Shown: one piece after another, positions 1 to 10,860 of the stretch
Layout: each line of letters opens with the position of its first letter
Numbering within the stretch: position 1 is the first letter of the stretch
NCBI GenBank assembly: GCA_038087875.1
Contig: JAXLNO010004602.1
Location: forward strand, 124,001-161,612
Length of the DNA stretch: 37,612 bases
From: Malacoraja senta
Taxonomy: Eukaryota
Direction: 5' to 3'
Notes under the pieces: generated by a model
The model's input: the letters and a program-made list of their open reading frames with translations, nothing else
Told to the model about the DNA's origin: nothing
Databases searched by the model: none
Translations under genes and position numbers: made by a program

Positions 1-142
1 AGAAGCAAAATTAACTGACAATTGACAAATTTAATAATGTATGAGTGATTGATGTATATGAAAAGTTTTTTCTTCTCCTATTATAATATGTTACTCTACA
101 TTATAATATGTTTGCTTCTAATAAAAATTTATATCACAAAAA
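1..142 (+). mobile_element. 3' end of a poly(A)-type non-LTR element (L1-like tail) abutting and interrupting the Gypsy integrase
   Basis: AT-rich sequence with AATAAA at 120-125 and a short A tail (cacaaaaa, ~135-142). It ends exactly where the minus-strand integrase frame (...QSDQGSSFKSKVF) stops. Family assignment is inferred. Confidence 0.45.
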
Positions 143-920
143 CCTTCGACTTGAAGCTGGAACCCTGGTCACTCTGCACCACCTTGGGTAAACCGAACAA
201 CGAAAAAAACTAAGTGAGAGACTTCACAATGGTAGGGGCAGTAATTCTACGCAAAGGGACCACCTCCGGAAAGCGGGTAGACGCACACATAATTGTCAAT
301 AAAAACTTGTTCCTTTGTCCGAGGAAGAGGACCCACACAATCAACTAGAATCCGCTCAAACGGCTCACCGACCACAGGGATTGGATACAAAGGCGCAGGA
401 ACAATCGATTGGTTCGGCTTTCCTGCCACCTGGCAAATGTGACAACACCTGCAATGCTGTTTCACGTCCTTCTTCAACCCTGGCCCAGAAAAATTCCGTA
501 AGATACGGTCATTCGTCTTATTGACTCCCAAATGTCCACCCAGAGGACCATCATGAGCCAAACAGAGTATCTCGTCCCTATACCGACGAGGTATTACAAT
601 CTGATCAACCACGCTCCAATCATCATGCCCAGATACATCCAAGGGAGACCACTTTCGCATCAGCAAGCCCTCCCTTAGAAAATACCCCTTTGCTGTGGAA
701 TCCATATCCCCTTCAGGCACCGCGCGGTCGAACAGCTCAGATAAACTTGGATCACTCTTTTGCTCCTCAACCAGCCGGTCACGTGACAGCGACACCGGCC
801 CATTTTCATACACTATCCCATCTTGAGATGTAGCAACACCCTTCACAATACAGGATCCCTCATCCAGATCCCCAAAAAAACTCACTCAGGTCCACTACAT
901 CCTCAAACTTCGCCCGGCTC
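135..920 (-). pseudogene. Gypsy integrase N-terminal HHCC and start of the DDE core (disrupted)
   Basis: ORF 247-885 contains AHDGPLGGHLGVNKT...CRCCHICQ and ERILVDCVGPLPRT. After a frameshift near 310 it continues LTIMCASTRFPEVVPLRRITAPTIVKSLT*FFSLFGLPKVVQSDQGS. It is separated from gag-PR by a 13-bp tandem duplication (ctctcagccatag x2, 918-943) that shifts the frame. Confidence 0.9.
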
Positions 921-1946
921 TCAGCCATAGCTCTCAGCCATAGCTCTCGTGACAACACAAGCTGCTAAGACCGTCGGATGCTGCATAGCCAACCCATCAG
1001 GACTCTGCACCATCGGAACAGCCGTTACCTCAGGAGTAACTAAAACTCCATCTCCTGCCAATTCATTCCCCCAAATTACTGAAACTCCCTCAATGGGAAA
1101 AAACGGCCGTAACCCAACAGTTACCCGGCCTGGAACCAACTCGGACTCGAGACTCACGGTATGCAAAGGTACTACCATGCCATTCATCCCGAATCCTACC
1201 ACAGGGACACTTGACCCAACCGATGATTCCGCAGAAAACGGCAGTACACTATCCACTTTAAAGGACTGAGCAGCACCCGTATCACGCAAGATGGACACTG
1301 GAACACTATCGCCCCCATCATTCAGAGAAACAAAATCATTCATGACTAACGCAGAATCATCCCTACACTTATCAGACTCAGGCACCTCAGGTACCACAGG
1401 TACCTTCTGTGTACCCACCAAAGCCACAGTCTTTTCCTTTATCTGCTTCCAAACGGGACACTCCTTAAACATGTGCCCTCTCCCTCTACAATAGTAGCAC
1501 ACAGGACCTTCGCCAGTCCTCAAATTTCCGTAAACCCTAGAGGGAACCCGGGAGGATTCCAATTCCAACTCACGCAGCCTAATCTCTGCCCTTTTGGTTT
1601 TCACCTCAAACTCAAGCCGTTTCATTTCAAGAACATGCATGAGTTCATCCTTTTTTAAGGCCATTCTCTGTGACTCAAGCTCCATCTCCTTTTTTAATTC
1701 AATTACGGCCTCCATGTTCTGACCAGGCTGACCGGAAGGTGTGGGACTGTCTGCACAGCCAGGCAAAACCCCACGGTCCACCAATGCAGCCCACATCAAA
1801 TGCTCTTTCGTACCTCTTTCAAGCAACTCCCGACTAGGAGCTTCAATAAAGCCCTTCCATCTAGACTCCATATCAAATTTATCCAAAGCACCAGCTAAAC
1901 CCTGGGCACCAATGCTACCACAAATAGGGAAGAAAACCTCCCTCAC
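921..1946 (-). pseudogene. Gypsy gag (coiled coil + CCHC knuckle, internally deleted) fused to aspartic protease
   Basis: Coiled coil EMKRLEFEVKTKRAEIRLRELELE, zinc knuckle CYYCRGRGHMFKEC, protease active site ILRDTGAAQS and flap region IWGNELAG. Confidence 0.85.
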
Positions 1947-2129
1947 AACACACAGAGACTTCCTCAGTCCAGAAGTCTCAATTCAAATGTAGCCAAAGGC
2001 ACCAGCTAAACCCTGGGCACCAATGCTACCTGAAACAGGGACAAAATTTCCCTTACTACCCACAGAGACTTCCTCAGTCCAGAAGCCTCCCAACCCCCCC
2101 CCCACAAACGTCTAGGGTTCTTAAAACTT

Positions 2130-2143
2130 CGGACGAGCCCCCA
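2130..2143 (-). promoter_or_regulatory. Primer-binding site, tRNA-Pro
   Basis: Minus strand TGGGGGCTCGTCCG, 3 nt after the LTR end. These are the first 14 nt of the known tRNA-Pro PBS TGGGGGCTCGTCCGGGAT. Confidence 0.85.
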
Positions 2144-2146
2144 TTT

Positions 2147-2667
2147 TGTTACGACTCCCGAAAGCAGGCACTTCAGAGTCGCGTAACGTAAGTCCAAAAG
2201 CCAGGTTTACGTTCAAAAATAGTTTAATTATTGATAACACCCCAAAACCCAAACCTGCTTCAAACAACCCAGACCAGGATGAATGGATTAATAAACAACT
2301 CAAAGGTGCTCAGGCCAGTCACGTCGAACCCGAGGCTCAAAACCTGCCTAAAAGAAAGCTATCCCTTAAACAAAATACCGATAACGTCTAAGGACAGCCC
2401 AATCCAATATTTGGTACTACAAAATGATGGAATTACACCAAGTTCTATGCCATGTGGCCTGTCCTTTCACAGCTCACACCAGCACAACCTTACGATGCCG
2501 GGTCGACACCGAAAGAGAAAGAACTCTGGGAAATCTTCCATTTATACTGGGGATGAGTCAGCCGTCACCTGACGCAGCCTGTCCAATCAGGTACAGGATC
2601 CTTCCAGCCTGCACTTGGGGAAGAAAGAGGTTAACACACAACATTGACCAGGAGGGGGAGCGTGTCA
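2147..2667 (-). repeat. Gypsy LTR (521 bp)
   Basis: Minus strand begins TGACACG right after the PPT (GGGTGGGGGAG, 2668-2678) and ends CGTAACA right before the PBS. TG...CA termini. Confidence 0.85.
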
Positions 2668-2732
2668 CTCCCCCACCCAAAGATACTGAATAAGTTTTGG
2701 AAGAGAGAAAAAACACCACCAAATTCCCGAAA

Positions 2733-4064
2733 CTATTCAGGAGCTAAACTCCACTGGCGCGACAAGGCGTCAGCCAAGACATTAACCTTGCCACGGATAT
2801 GCCTGACCTCCAGATTATAGGCTTGCAGCTGCAAACTCCAGCTCATTAACCGGCGGTTCTTATTTTTCATATTATTCAAAAACACCAACGGATTATGATC
2901 CGTGAGTACGATGACAGGGACATTCGAGGAGCCAACATAAACCTCGAAATGACTCAGAGACATCAACATAGCAAGGGCCTCTTTCTCAATGGTGGAGTAC
3001 CACTTCTGATGACGATTAAACTTCTTAGAGAAGTACGAAACTGGATGCTCCACCCCATCTGAATCATCCTGTAGAAGAACTCCCCCAACCCCACGATCAC
3101 TAGCATCCACTGCCAGCTTAAAAGGAATCTCAAAATCAGGTGCCGCAAGCACAGGTGCACGCACCAGAATACTTTTTGTATGATCAAAGGCTTGTTGACA
3201 CTCTGCGGACCACACAAAAACTACCTTCGGACACAGCAAATCCGTCAAAGGGGCAGCCACCGCAGAGACGTTTGGACAGAATCCTCTATAGTACCCAACC
3301 ATAGCCAGATACCTACGGAGTTCAATCCTCGAGGTTGGAGCAGGAAATGCGACAATATGCTCCACCTTTTCTTTGAGAGTGCGAACCTGACTCCGGCCCA
3401 CCACCTTACCCAGATACGTTACCGTGGCCTGGCCAAACTCACACTTCCCCAGATTGATAGTTAGCTTTGCATCCGCTAGCCGATGGAATACCTCCTTCAG
3501 ATGACCGATGTGTTCGATGCACGACCCGGAGCACACAACCAAATCATCAAGGTATGCCTCACAGAAGGTCAAACCAGACAAAACCATGTTGACCAATCGT
3601 TGGAAAGTTGCCGGCGCATTGCGCCTCCCAAATGCCATCACCGTATACTGCAGAAAGTTATCAGGCGTAACGAACGCAGAGATCTCCCTCGCCCGCCCAG
3701 TCAGGGGAACTTGCCAATACCCTTTTAACAAGTCCAATTTGGACACAAACGACGCACTTCCTACACGATCCACGCAATCCTCCATTCGTGGGAGAGGATA
3801 GCAATCCGGCTTAGTTACACCGTTTACTTTCCGAAAGTCCGTGCAAAACCTGTCCTCCCCATTTGCCTTCGTAGCAAGTAGACACGGAGAACTCCACGGA
3901 CTACAACTAGATTCAGCAATGCCATGCCGCAGCATATAGTCAACCTGACTCCCTAGACGATGACGCTTGTCAGGGTTGCTGTTTAATGGGCGCAGCACCG
4001 GCCACGTTAATGTCATGCTGCAGCACAGACGTCTGAGAAGGCACATCCGAGAACAGTGACCCAT
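2733..4064 (-). pseudogene. Gypsy reverse transcriptase + RNase H (about 420 aa open, frameshifted at the 5' end)
   Basis: SSPWSSPCLL, RFCTDFRKVN, DCYPLPRMED, LDLLKGYWQVPL, MAFGRRNAPATFQR, AYLDDL; RNase H LAVDASDRGVGGVL, YSTIEKEALA, TDHNPL, ADALSR. Confidence 0.95.
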
Positions 4065-4299
4065 TTGACTTCACCAAACAAAGCAGATCACCCCGCTGAC
4101 CTTCAGTCAAATGCGACAAACGCAAGGGAAGCGACTCCAAAGCCTCAGAGTTACACAGCCTTCCCTGCATCACTGCCTCCGACAACCGTGCCTCACCCAC
4201 ATCACCACCCGTGTCAGGGGGCACCACCGCAGCCAAAACAGGCTTAGACGAAACCGAAGGACACAGCACCTCCCCATCAACCTCCACAGGCTCCTGCTC

Positions 4300-4532
4300 A
4301 TGGTGCTGCTTCATCATGTTGACATGACAGAGCTAGGTCTTACGCCTTCGATCAGGGGTACCTATAACATAATCCCTTTCACCAACCTTCTTAACCACCT
4401 AATAGGTACCGCTATACCGAGCCTGCAGACTCGAACCAGGAATAGGCAACAACACCAGGGCCTTGTCACCTGGAGAAAAACTCCTACTCGAAGCCTTCCT
4501 GTCGAACCACTTCATTACCTGACCAAAACGTG
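4300..4532 (-). pseudogene. Gypsy integrase C-terminal fragment
   Basis: Minus frame MKWFDRKASSRSFSPGDKALVLLPIPGSSLQARYSGTYLVVKKVGERDYVIGTPDRRRKT*LCHVNMMK, a GPY/F-type C-terminal module, lying directly upstream of RT. Confidence 0.85.
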
Positions 4533-4635
4533 ACACATTCCTTCTCTCCAGAGATGCTGCCTCACCCGTTGAGTTACTCTAGCATTTTGGGGCTATCTGC
4601 GGTTAAAACCAGCATCTACAGTTCCTTCCTGCATA
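4522..4635 (+). repeat. Penelope-type terminal-repeat fragment
   Basis: cattccttctctccagagatgctgcctcacccgttgagttactctagcattttg. The same repeat recurs at 7870-8025, 8440-8545, 10140-10215 and 29910-30060. Confidence 0.6.
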
Positions 4636-5647
4636 GTTCTATAAACAAAGTCCACTGTCTGTAATGGGGTAGTGGTCAATTGGACAGTACCCTAGCTTAT
4701 GGAACGATCATTCAGTAGTCTGATTTTCTCCTCGGTTATCAAGTTTCCAAGTAAGCCATTTGGTCCTCTAACCTGCCCACCATTCAATATGACCATGGCT
4801 GACGTTCCTCAGGCATGAACTCCTGATCGGTGCCAGTTCCTCATTGCACTCAATTCTCCAATCTTTCAAAAGTTTAACTACCGCCACATTAAATACTTCC
4901 AATGATTTTGTCTTCACAAATCTCTGGGGTCAAGAGCGCCAGAGAATGACCACACTCTGCAAAAAGAGATTTTGGAAACAAATGACTGGTCTCTTTTATC
5001 TCTTATTGAAGAGGAGTGAAAATACTGCCAATTTTAAGCTTGCCCCTCCCCAATTGGCCCTCATTTCGTCACTTGTCAATTATTTATTATTGTCAATAAT
5101 GTGCCCTAGTGAAAACATTTGCCGTTGGTATTAGTGTATTATTGTCACGTGAACTGAGATATAGTCAAAAGTTTGTCTGCGTGTTATCCAATCAGATCAT
5201 ACTACACATGTGCAATCAAGCCATCCACAAGTAGAACAGTGCAAAGAGAAAACTACTCAGAGTGCAGAATATCGGGTTACAATATCATAGCATTACAGTT
5301 ACAGAGAAAGTGCAGATCAAAAAGAGTTGCAAGGTTCACAATGAGATTGGTTGGAAGATCAGGACAACATCTTATCTTACATGAAAATCATTCAGTAGTC
5401 CAATAACAGTGGGGAAGAAACTGTTCCTGAATTTAATGGTACGTACTTTCAAACTTTGTGGTGTACTGTCTTAACAGGGAGCGCACGATCCCTTTTAAAC
5501 CACGTGGTTGGTTGATGGGATGAAAGAGGCAAAGCGGGGTAGATGTAGACAGTAACTTGGTTGTTGTAGTAGACTGACGAATATTTTGTGGTGGGTGACT
5601 GTGCAAGTTTTACTGAAGGTGAAAATAACCATCTTACTGTCTTGTAA

Positions 5648-5914
5648 TTTCCCCTGAGGTATCTCTCGCTGCCCGCCCTGATGATCATTCAGTCCTGTAC
5701 TGCACTGTGTTTGGATTTTACCCACCGGCCATCAATGTCAGCTGGTTGCAGAATGGTCAACATGTCTCTGAGACCAAATCTTCTGGGGTCATACCCAACA
5801 ACGATGGAACATATCATCTAAAGTCTGTCCTTGAGTATGATCCGTATGATGGGAAACAGTATTCCTGTCATGTCGATCACAGCAGCCTGCCCGGTGGGAA
5901 GACCATCATCTGGG
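5648..5914 (+). CDS. MHC class I-like heavy chain, alpha3 (Ig C1-set) exon; non-canonical AA acceptor
   Basis: Translates (x)SPEVSLAARPDDHSVLYCTVFGFYPPAINVSWLQNGQHVSETKSSGVIPNNDGTYHLKSVLEYDPYDGKQYSCHVDHSSLPGGKTIIW. It has C1 motifs LYC, GFYP, W, NNDGTY and YSCHVDHSSL. Length is 267 nt, phase 1-1, with donor GTAAGA at 5915. PNxDGTY and EYDP are class I alpha3-like, not the class II beta NGDWTFQ. Confidence 0.85.
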
Positions 5915-6254
5915 GTAAGAACATTAAATATTCTTTCATAGATAATCATTATCTTCTGTTGTTTCCATTATAATCATTGTGACTACATCCCATATTACAA
6001 GATGCTTAAACTTTCTTTGTTTAGTGGTGTTGCTCTAAGCAATCACGTAATCAGCACCCACTCTCCACATGAGCAGAAGACTTTGTCAACAGATAATTTA
6101 TCAAAAGTAAATAAATAACTAATATACAAGGAAGGAGTATTTGAGATTTTCAGTGGTGGAACTGAAATCCATGAAAGGTATGTTTAAATAAAAAATGAAT
6201 CTTTCCTCATGATGTGATTAACAGCAAGGCACTGGGGGAGTACATGCCCCAATC

Positions 6255-6950
6255 TGAATCAATGGTCAGAAGTGGAAATGATTGAGAGCTTCATGTTCCT
6301 TGGCATGAATATATCCAATATTCGGTCATGGACTGACCACATAGCCAAGGAGGTACACCAACACCTCTACTTCCTCAGGAGACTGAGGATATTCATCATG
6401 TCTCTGGTGACTCCAGCAAACATCTATAGATGCCGCTAGAGAAAGCATGTTGTTGGGTTGCATCACATCTTGATTTGGGAACTGCACTGCCCAAGACTGC
6501 AAGAATATACAAAGAGTTAAAGATCATCACACAGGCCAGACTTCCCACTTTTGATTCAGTCTACACCAGGTTGCTTTGGAAAACGAGACTTATCCCACCC
6601 CGGTCATTCCTCCTTCCTGCTCCCATCAGGCAATATGTACAGAAAGTTGAAAGTATCCACTGCCAGACTCAGGAACACCCCCTTTCCACCTGTTAACAGG
6701 CTTCGGAAGGGTCCTTCCGTAATGTAGGTTTAATGCCCGATTCACCTCAACCTCATTGCACATTGAACATTGTCCATGGAACTGATGTGTTACAATGCTG
6801 AGAACTATATTCTGTACTCTGTATCCTCCTCTTTGCTCTATCTATTGTTTTTGAGTTTGTATTTATGTATAGTCTTATAATTTGTTTGGATAGCGTACAA
6901 AACAAACCTTTGCTCTGTATTTTGAAACATCTGGCATTAATAAAAGTAAA
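6255..6950 (+). mobile_element. Old Rex1/Babar-type LINE 3' remnant
   Basis: Degenerate IESFMFLGMNISNIRSWTDHI...HQHLYFLRRLR, followed by a typical tail ending in aataaa-like sequence near 6935-6950. Confidence 0.6.
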
Positions 6951-7902
6951 CCTAATGAAGTAAGTTCCATGACACAAGTTACAGCTTCTGCAACAACAAA
7001 TATAGCTGCCTGACAAACAGCGATCGTAGTAGTTTGATTCCAGGTATGCTGCACTAACCTACACAAATGCTCACTTTTGAAGATTCCCTCGAACAATGCA
7101 CAACTAAGGAATCTGATATTTCACTCTGAAGACTGTTGACATACTCCAGAACTTAATTTCCAACCTATCTATGTATCATCAGCAATCTAGGCTACAGCGC
7201 CATCAGTCCCTTCATCTGCTCTTAATACCAACGATATGTAGTTCACTTTCTTGCATTGATTCCCAACCTGCAGTTGCAGTTTCCCAACCTGAACACTCCT
7301 TTAAGACAACTCTCTGCTTGCTCTTAATTGTTTTTTCCATTCATGCTAATTATTACCCCCAATGTCATAAGCCTTTGCATCACTTGATTGATATCTTATG
7401 AAAATCCAGATATTGTGGCGACATCTGGTGGTCAGGCCATTTATTGCTAGAACCCTCGTCAGGGGAGCTGGGACTATCACATGACAGGGTTTTGGTGGGA
7501 GTTGGTGATGAATCAGTCGCCAGTCAACTGGTGTGCCCGATTACAACGGCGGGAACTTTGCTCAAGTCCTTACTAAACGCGAGTGGGCCAAAACTGTATT
7601 TCTTTAAAAAAATACATTGATTTGTTCACGACGTTTGAATCTCTACAATATATTGTATTTCTTTTGTTTCTCATTCCAATTTTGTTACCTATTCTGCTTT
7701 TCCATCATTTTGTTTTTGAATTTTAGGCTTTTCACACCTGCAAACTACTGCTGCTCAAATATACATTGTCTATGGGTTCCTGTTGCATTTTCAAAGAATT
7801 CTAATCAATTTCTCAAACAAAGTTTGAAGAAGGGTCCCAAAACGAAATATCACCTGTCCATGTGTAAGAAGAAACTGCAAATGCTGGTTTACACCGAAGA
7901 TG

Positions 7903-8025
7903 GACACAAATTGCTGGAATAACTCAGCTGGTCAGCCAGCATCTCTGGAGAAAAGGAATAGGTGATGAATCCATGTTCGCCAGAGATGCTGCCTGTTCCG
8001 CTGAGTTACCCCAGCATTTTGTGTC
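7903..8025. repeat. Inverted pair of Penelope-type repeat fragments (hairpin, ~50-bp arms)
   Basis: gacacaaattgctggaataactcagctggtcagccagcatctctggagaa ... ttcgccagagatgctgcctgttccgctgagttaccccagcattttgtgtc are reverse complements with a few mismatches. Confidence 0.8.
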
Positions 8026-8612
8026 TATTATGTATATTCTTTCCACTGACTGGTTAGCAGGTAACAAAAGCTTTTCACTGTACCTCAATACATGTGACAA
8101 TAAACTCAACTAAAGCTTTAGTGTAAATCAGTATCTGCATCTCTTTCTTTCTACAATTTTCCTGTTAATGCCCTGATAATGCACTTTATTGTTTTGTTAT
8201 TACTTAAATGTTCTGCCATTATTGAAAGGAATCCAGCATTTTCCCCAAAACAAATGTTAGTTTATATAGGGTTAAAGCTTTCTGCTTTCAATTCACCTTC
8301 TTTCTCGAATTAAGTTGTGGCTGTGATGGTGCCATAGATCATAGAGTTGTACAGAACATATATTGTCCCTTTGCCATGTTGCAGAACTCCGTGATTCAAA
8401 ACACCATATCATCTTATATACCTTGAAAAGCGCCAAAGATAGACACAAAATGCTGGAGTAACTCAGCGGTCAGGTAACATCTCTGGAGAAAAGGAATAGG
8501 TGGCATTTCGGGTCGAGACCCTTCTTCACTCTGAAGTCTTCAGACAGTGCCAATCTATTTAGCTGCACAGCTTAACAATTGATTTGTAAAATTATGCATT
8601 CTTATTTTTCAG

Positions 8613-8720
8613 AAGGAAATAGGAAGAAAGACAGGCACATAGGCCTTATTGCCGTGTGTGTGCTGATATTGCTGGCTATTGTCTTGGCAGTAATTGTTTG
8701 GTGGAGAAAAAAGAGGAGAG
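8613..8720 (+). CDS. MHC class I-like connecting peptide/transmembrane exon
   Basis: Acceptor tcttatttttcAG (8611-8612), donor GTAAGA at 8721, 108 nt, phase 1-1. Encodes (E)GNRKKDRHIGLIAVCVLILLAIVLAVIVWWRKKRR, a hydrophobic helix plus a basic stop-transfer cluster, in frame with the alpha3 exon. Confidence 0.88.
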
Positions 8721-8974
8721 GTAAGATGGAAAAATTGTGATGCACTGTTGCTAGTAAAGGTATTGGGCTTGAAGAAATGATCGATCTCAAGTAGGATAAG
8801 GCAGCAGCTACACCTGAAATGTCTCGACAGTCACCACTGTCAACTAGCCTTTGTGCTGTTGTTAAATGTTTCTGATAATCAGATATTTAAAAATTGTGAA
8901 TTCAGTGTAAAAACATGTTATACATTTTGGATTCACTGCCCCAAATCCTAGAAATATCAATGAGTCATTAAAAA

Positions 8975-10860
8975 GTACAGCATGCAAGCAGTCCTTTCGG
9001 CCCACCGTGTCCATGCCAACCACCAACCACCTGTTCTCATGAATTCTATCTCATTGCACCTTCTCATCCAGTCACCCACCCACTAGGGGCAATTTACAGT
9101 GGCCAATTAAACTATAAACTGACACATCTTAGGATGTGTGAGGAAACCGGAGCCCCTGGAGCGATCCAATGCGGTTACACGGAGAACGTGCAAACTCCAC
9201 ATAGATGGCACTCAAGGTCAAAATTGAACCCGGGTCTGTGTCGCTGTGAGGCAGCAGCTCTACGAGTTGTGACACTGTGCTGCTCTGTTGGGGGCTCGCA
9301 CTGTTCATGATCCAAGTCAGCTATGAGGCAGATTGGTTGCAGTTTAACATTTACTAGTTTTGTTTAATTTAATTTAGAGATACAGTAACGAAACAGGTCC
9401 TTAGGCCCACCAAGTCTGCGCTGACAAGCGATCCCCGCACATTAACACTATCCTATACACACACACCATGCCAATTAACCTACATACCTGTATGTCTTTG
9501 GAGTGTGGGAAGAAACCTTAGATCTTGGAGAAAACACACGCGGTCATGGGGAGAACGTACAAACTTTGTACAGACAGCATCAGTAGTCGGGATCGAACCC
9601 GGGTCTCCGGTGCTGCAAGCGCTGTAAGGCAGCAACTCTACCGCTGCACACAGTAGCTTCCACACCAAGGCCGCTGTTGCTGGAAAACTCAAAATTAAGT
9701 GGGAACGTGAGAAGTGGGAGAAATGGTTCAAGGTGGAAAGCCGAATGAATGAGCAACAACATGACAGGTGGACTAAATGTGAAACAGAGCAGCACAGTAG
9801 AGTCAGAGACCTGAATTAAATACCGACATCGGCAGATGTATCTGTAGAGTTTGCATGTTGTTCCTGTGACCATGTTGGTTTCCCCAGGTGCTCTGGTTTC
9901 CTCCCACATCCCCAAAACATTGTTTGGTAGGATAGTTGTCCCCTAGATTGTGCATGATACAATGTGGGGAGAGCTGGTGAGAATGTGGGACAAATGTAGG
10001 ATTAGTGTACATGAATGGTTGGTGCAGGTCAGTGGGACAAAGGCCATGTTTGTATGCTGCATATTTCCATGACTCTTTATGATGTAGAAAGATGCTGACT
10101 ATTTTTGATTTATAAGATTGGGAAAGACTGTGAGGGACAGTGCTATAGTAACTCAGCAGGTCAGGCAACATCCCTGGAGACCATGGATAGGTGACAATCT
10201 GGTTCGAGACTCTTCAGGCAAATTACAATAGGTATTCCTCAGCTTAAGTCTGATAGTAGTGTACAGATGCACCTCAACCACTGACTTGCTCAACAAGTGC
10301 TTAAATTAGTCGAATTAAAGTATGTTTGGAGTAACATGCAGCAGTCCTTAAAATCTACCATTTCCCAAATCCCAAGAGAGCTGGATGATCAGGGTTTTAG
10401 TGTATTATTATCTATATCAGTGGTTTCTTGCCTGTGATCACACTGTTGTAAGATATATTCTGGTGATGAATTGCAGTTCACTTTCCTCCTGTGTAAAGGA
10501 GTTATTGTGTTGAATATAACAAGTGGAAGGGAAAGTCAGTGTAGGATTTAGAGTTTCTACGTAATGCAGCATGGTAGTGTAGCTGGTAGAACTGCTGTCT
10601 CACAACGCCAGAGACCCAGGTTCAATCTGGACCTCGGGTACTGTCTACGTGGAGTTTGCACGTTCTCTTGTGACTATGTGGGCTTCCTCAGGGAGCTCCG
10701 GTTTCCTCCCATATACCAAAGATGAGCAGGTGTGCAGGTAATCATCCTCGGTAAGTCACCCTGATAGTGTAGGGGGTGGATGGGAAATCTATTATGAATG
10801 GGTGATTGCTGGTTAGTATGGATTTGGTGGCACAAATGGCCTGTTTACACACTGTATCAC
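8975..10860. repeat. Cluster of tRNA-derived SINEs (HE1-like), both orientations
   Basis: Copies at about 8975-9290 (-), 9355-9648 (-), 9840-10080 (+) and 10570-10860 (+). Each has a tRNA-like head (gcggtagagttgctgcc...gacccgggttcgatccc) and a (gttta)n-type tail. Boundaries are approximate. Confidence 0.7.

Larger units (their letters stand above)
135..4532 (-). mobile_element. Gmr1-type Ty3/Gypsy LTR retrotransposon remnant, arranged INT(C-term)-RT-RH-PPT-LTR-PBS-gag-PR-INT(N-term/core)
   Basis: Integrase directly follows protease, and RT follows the integrase C-terminus. This PR-INT-RT-RH order is diagnostic of the Gmr1 group. The single internal LTR has a PPT on one side and a PBS on the other. 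Confidence 0.9.

Noticed and set aside
8613-8720. MHC class II or W-category chain
   Set aside because: The TM helix lacks the spaced glycines used for alpha/beta TM pairing, and the C1 exon lacks the class II beta NGDWTFQ motif.
8883-8890. Alternative terminal exon (D-I-stop) just after the TM exon
   Set aside because: Weak pyrimidine tract and a trivial product. Not excluded, but much weaker than the acceptor at 23811.
9560-9648. tRNA genes
   Set aside because: The A/B-box-like sequences are the heads of SINEs and continue into SINE body. No full cloverleaf was found.
10218-10231. Alternative terminal exon (G-K-L-Q-stop)
   Set aside because: The acceptor lies within a Penelope repeat remnant and has a short pyrimidine tract.
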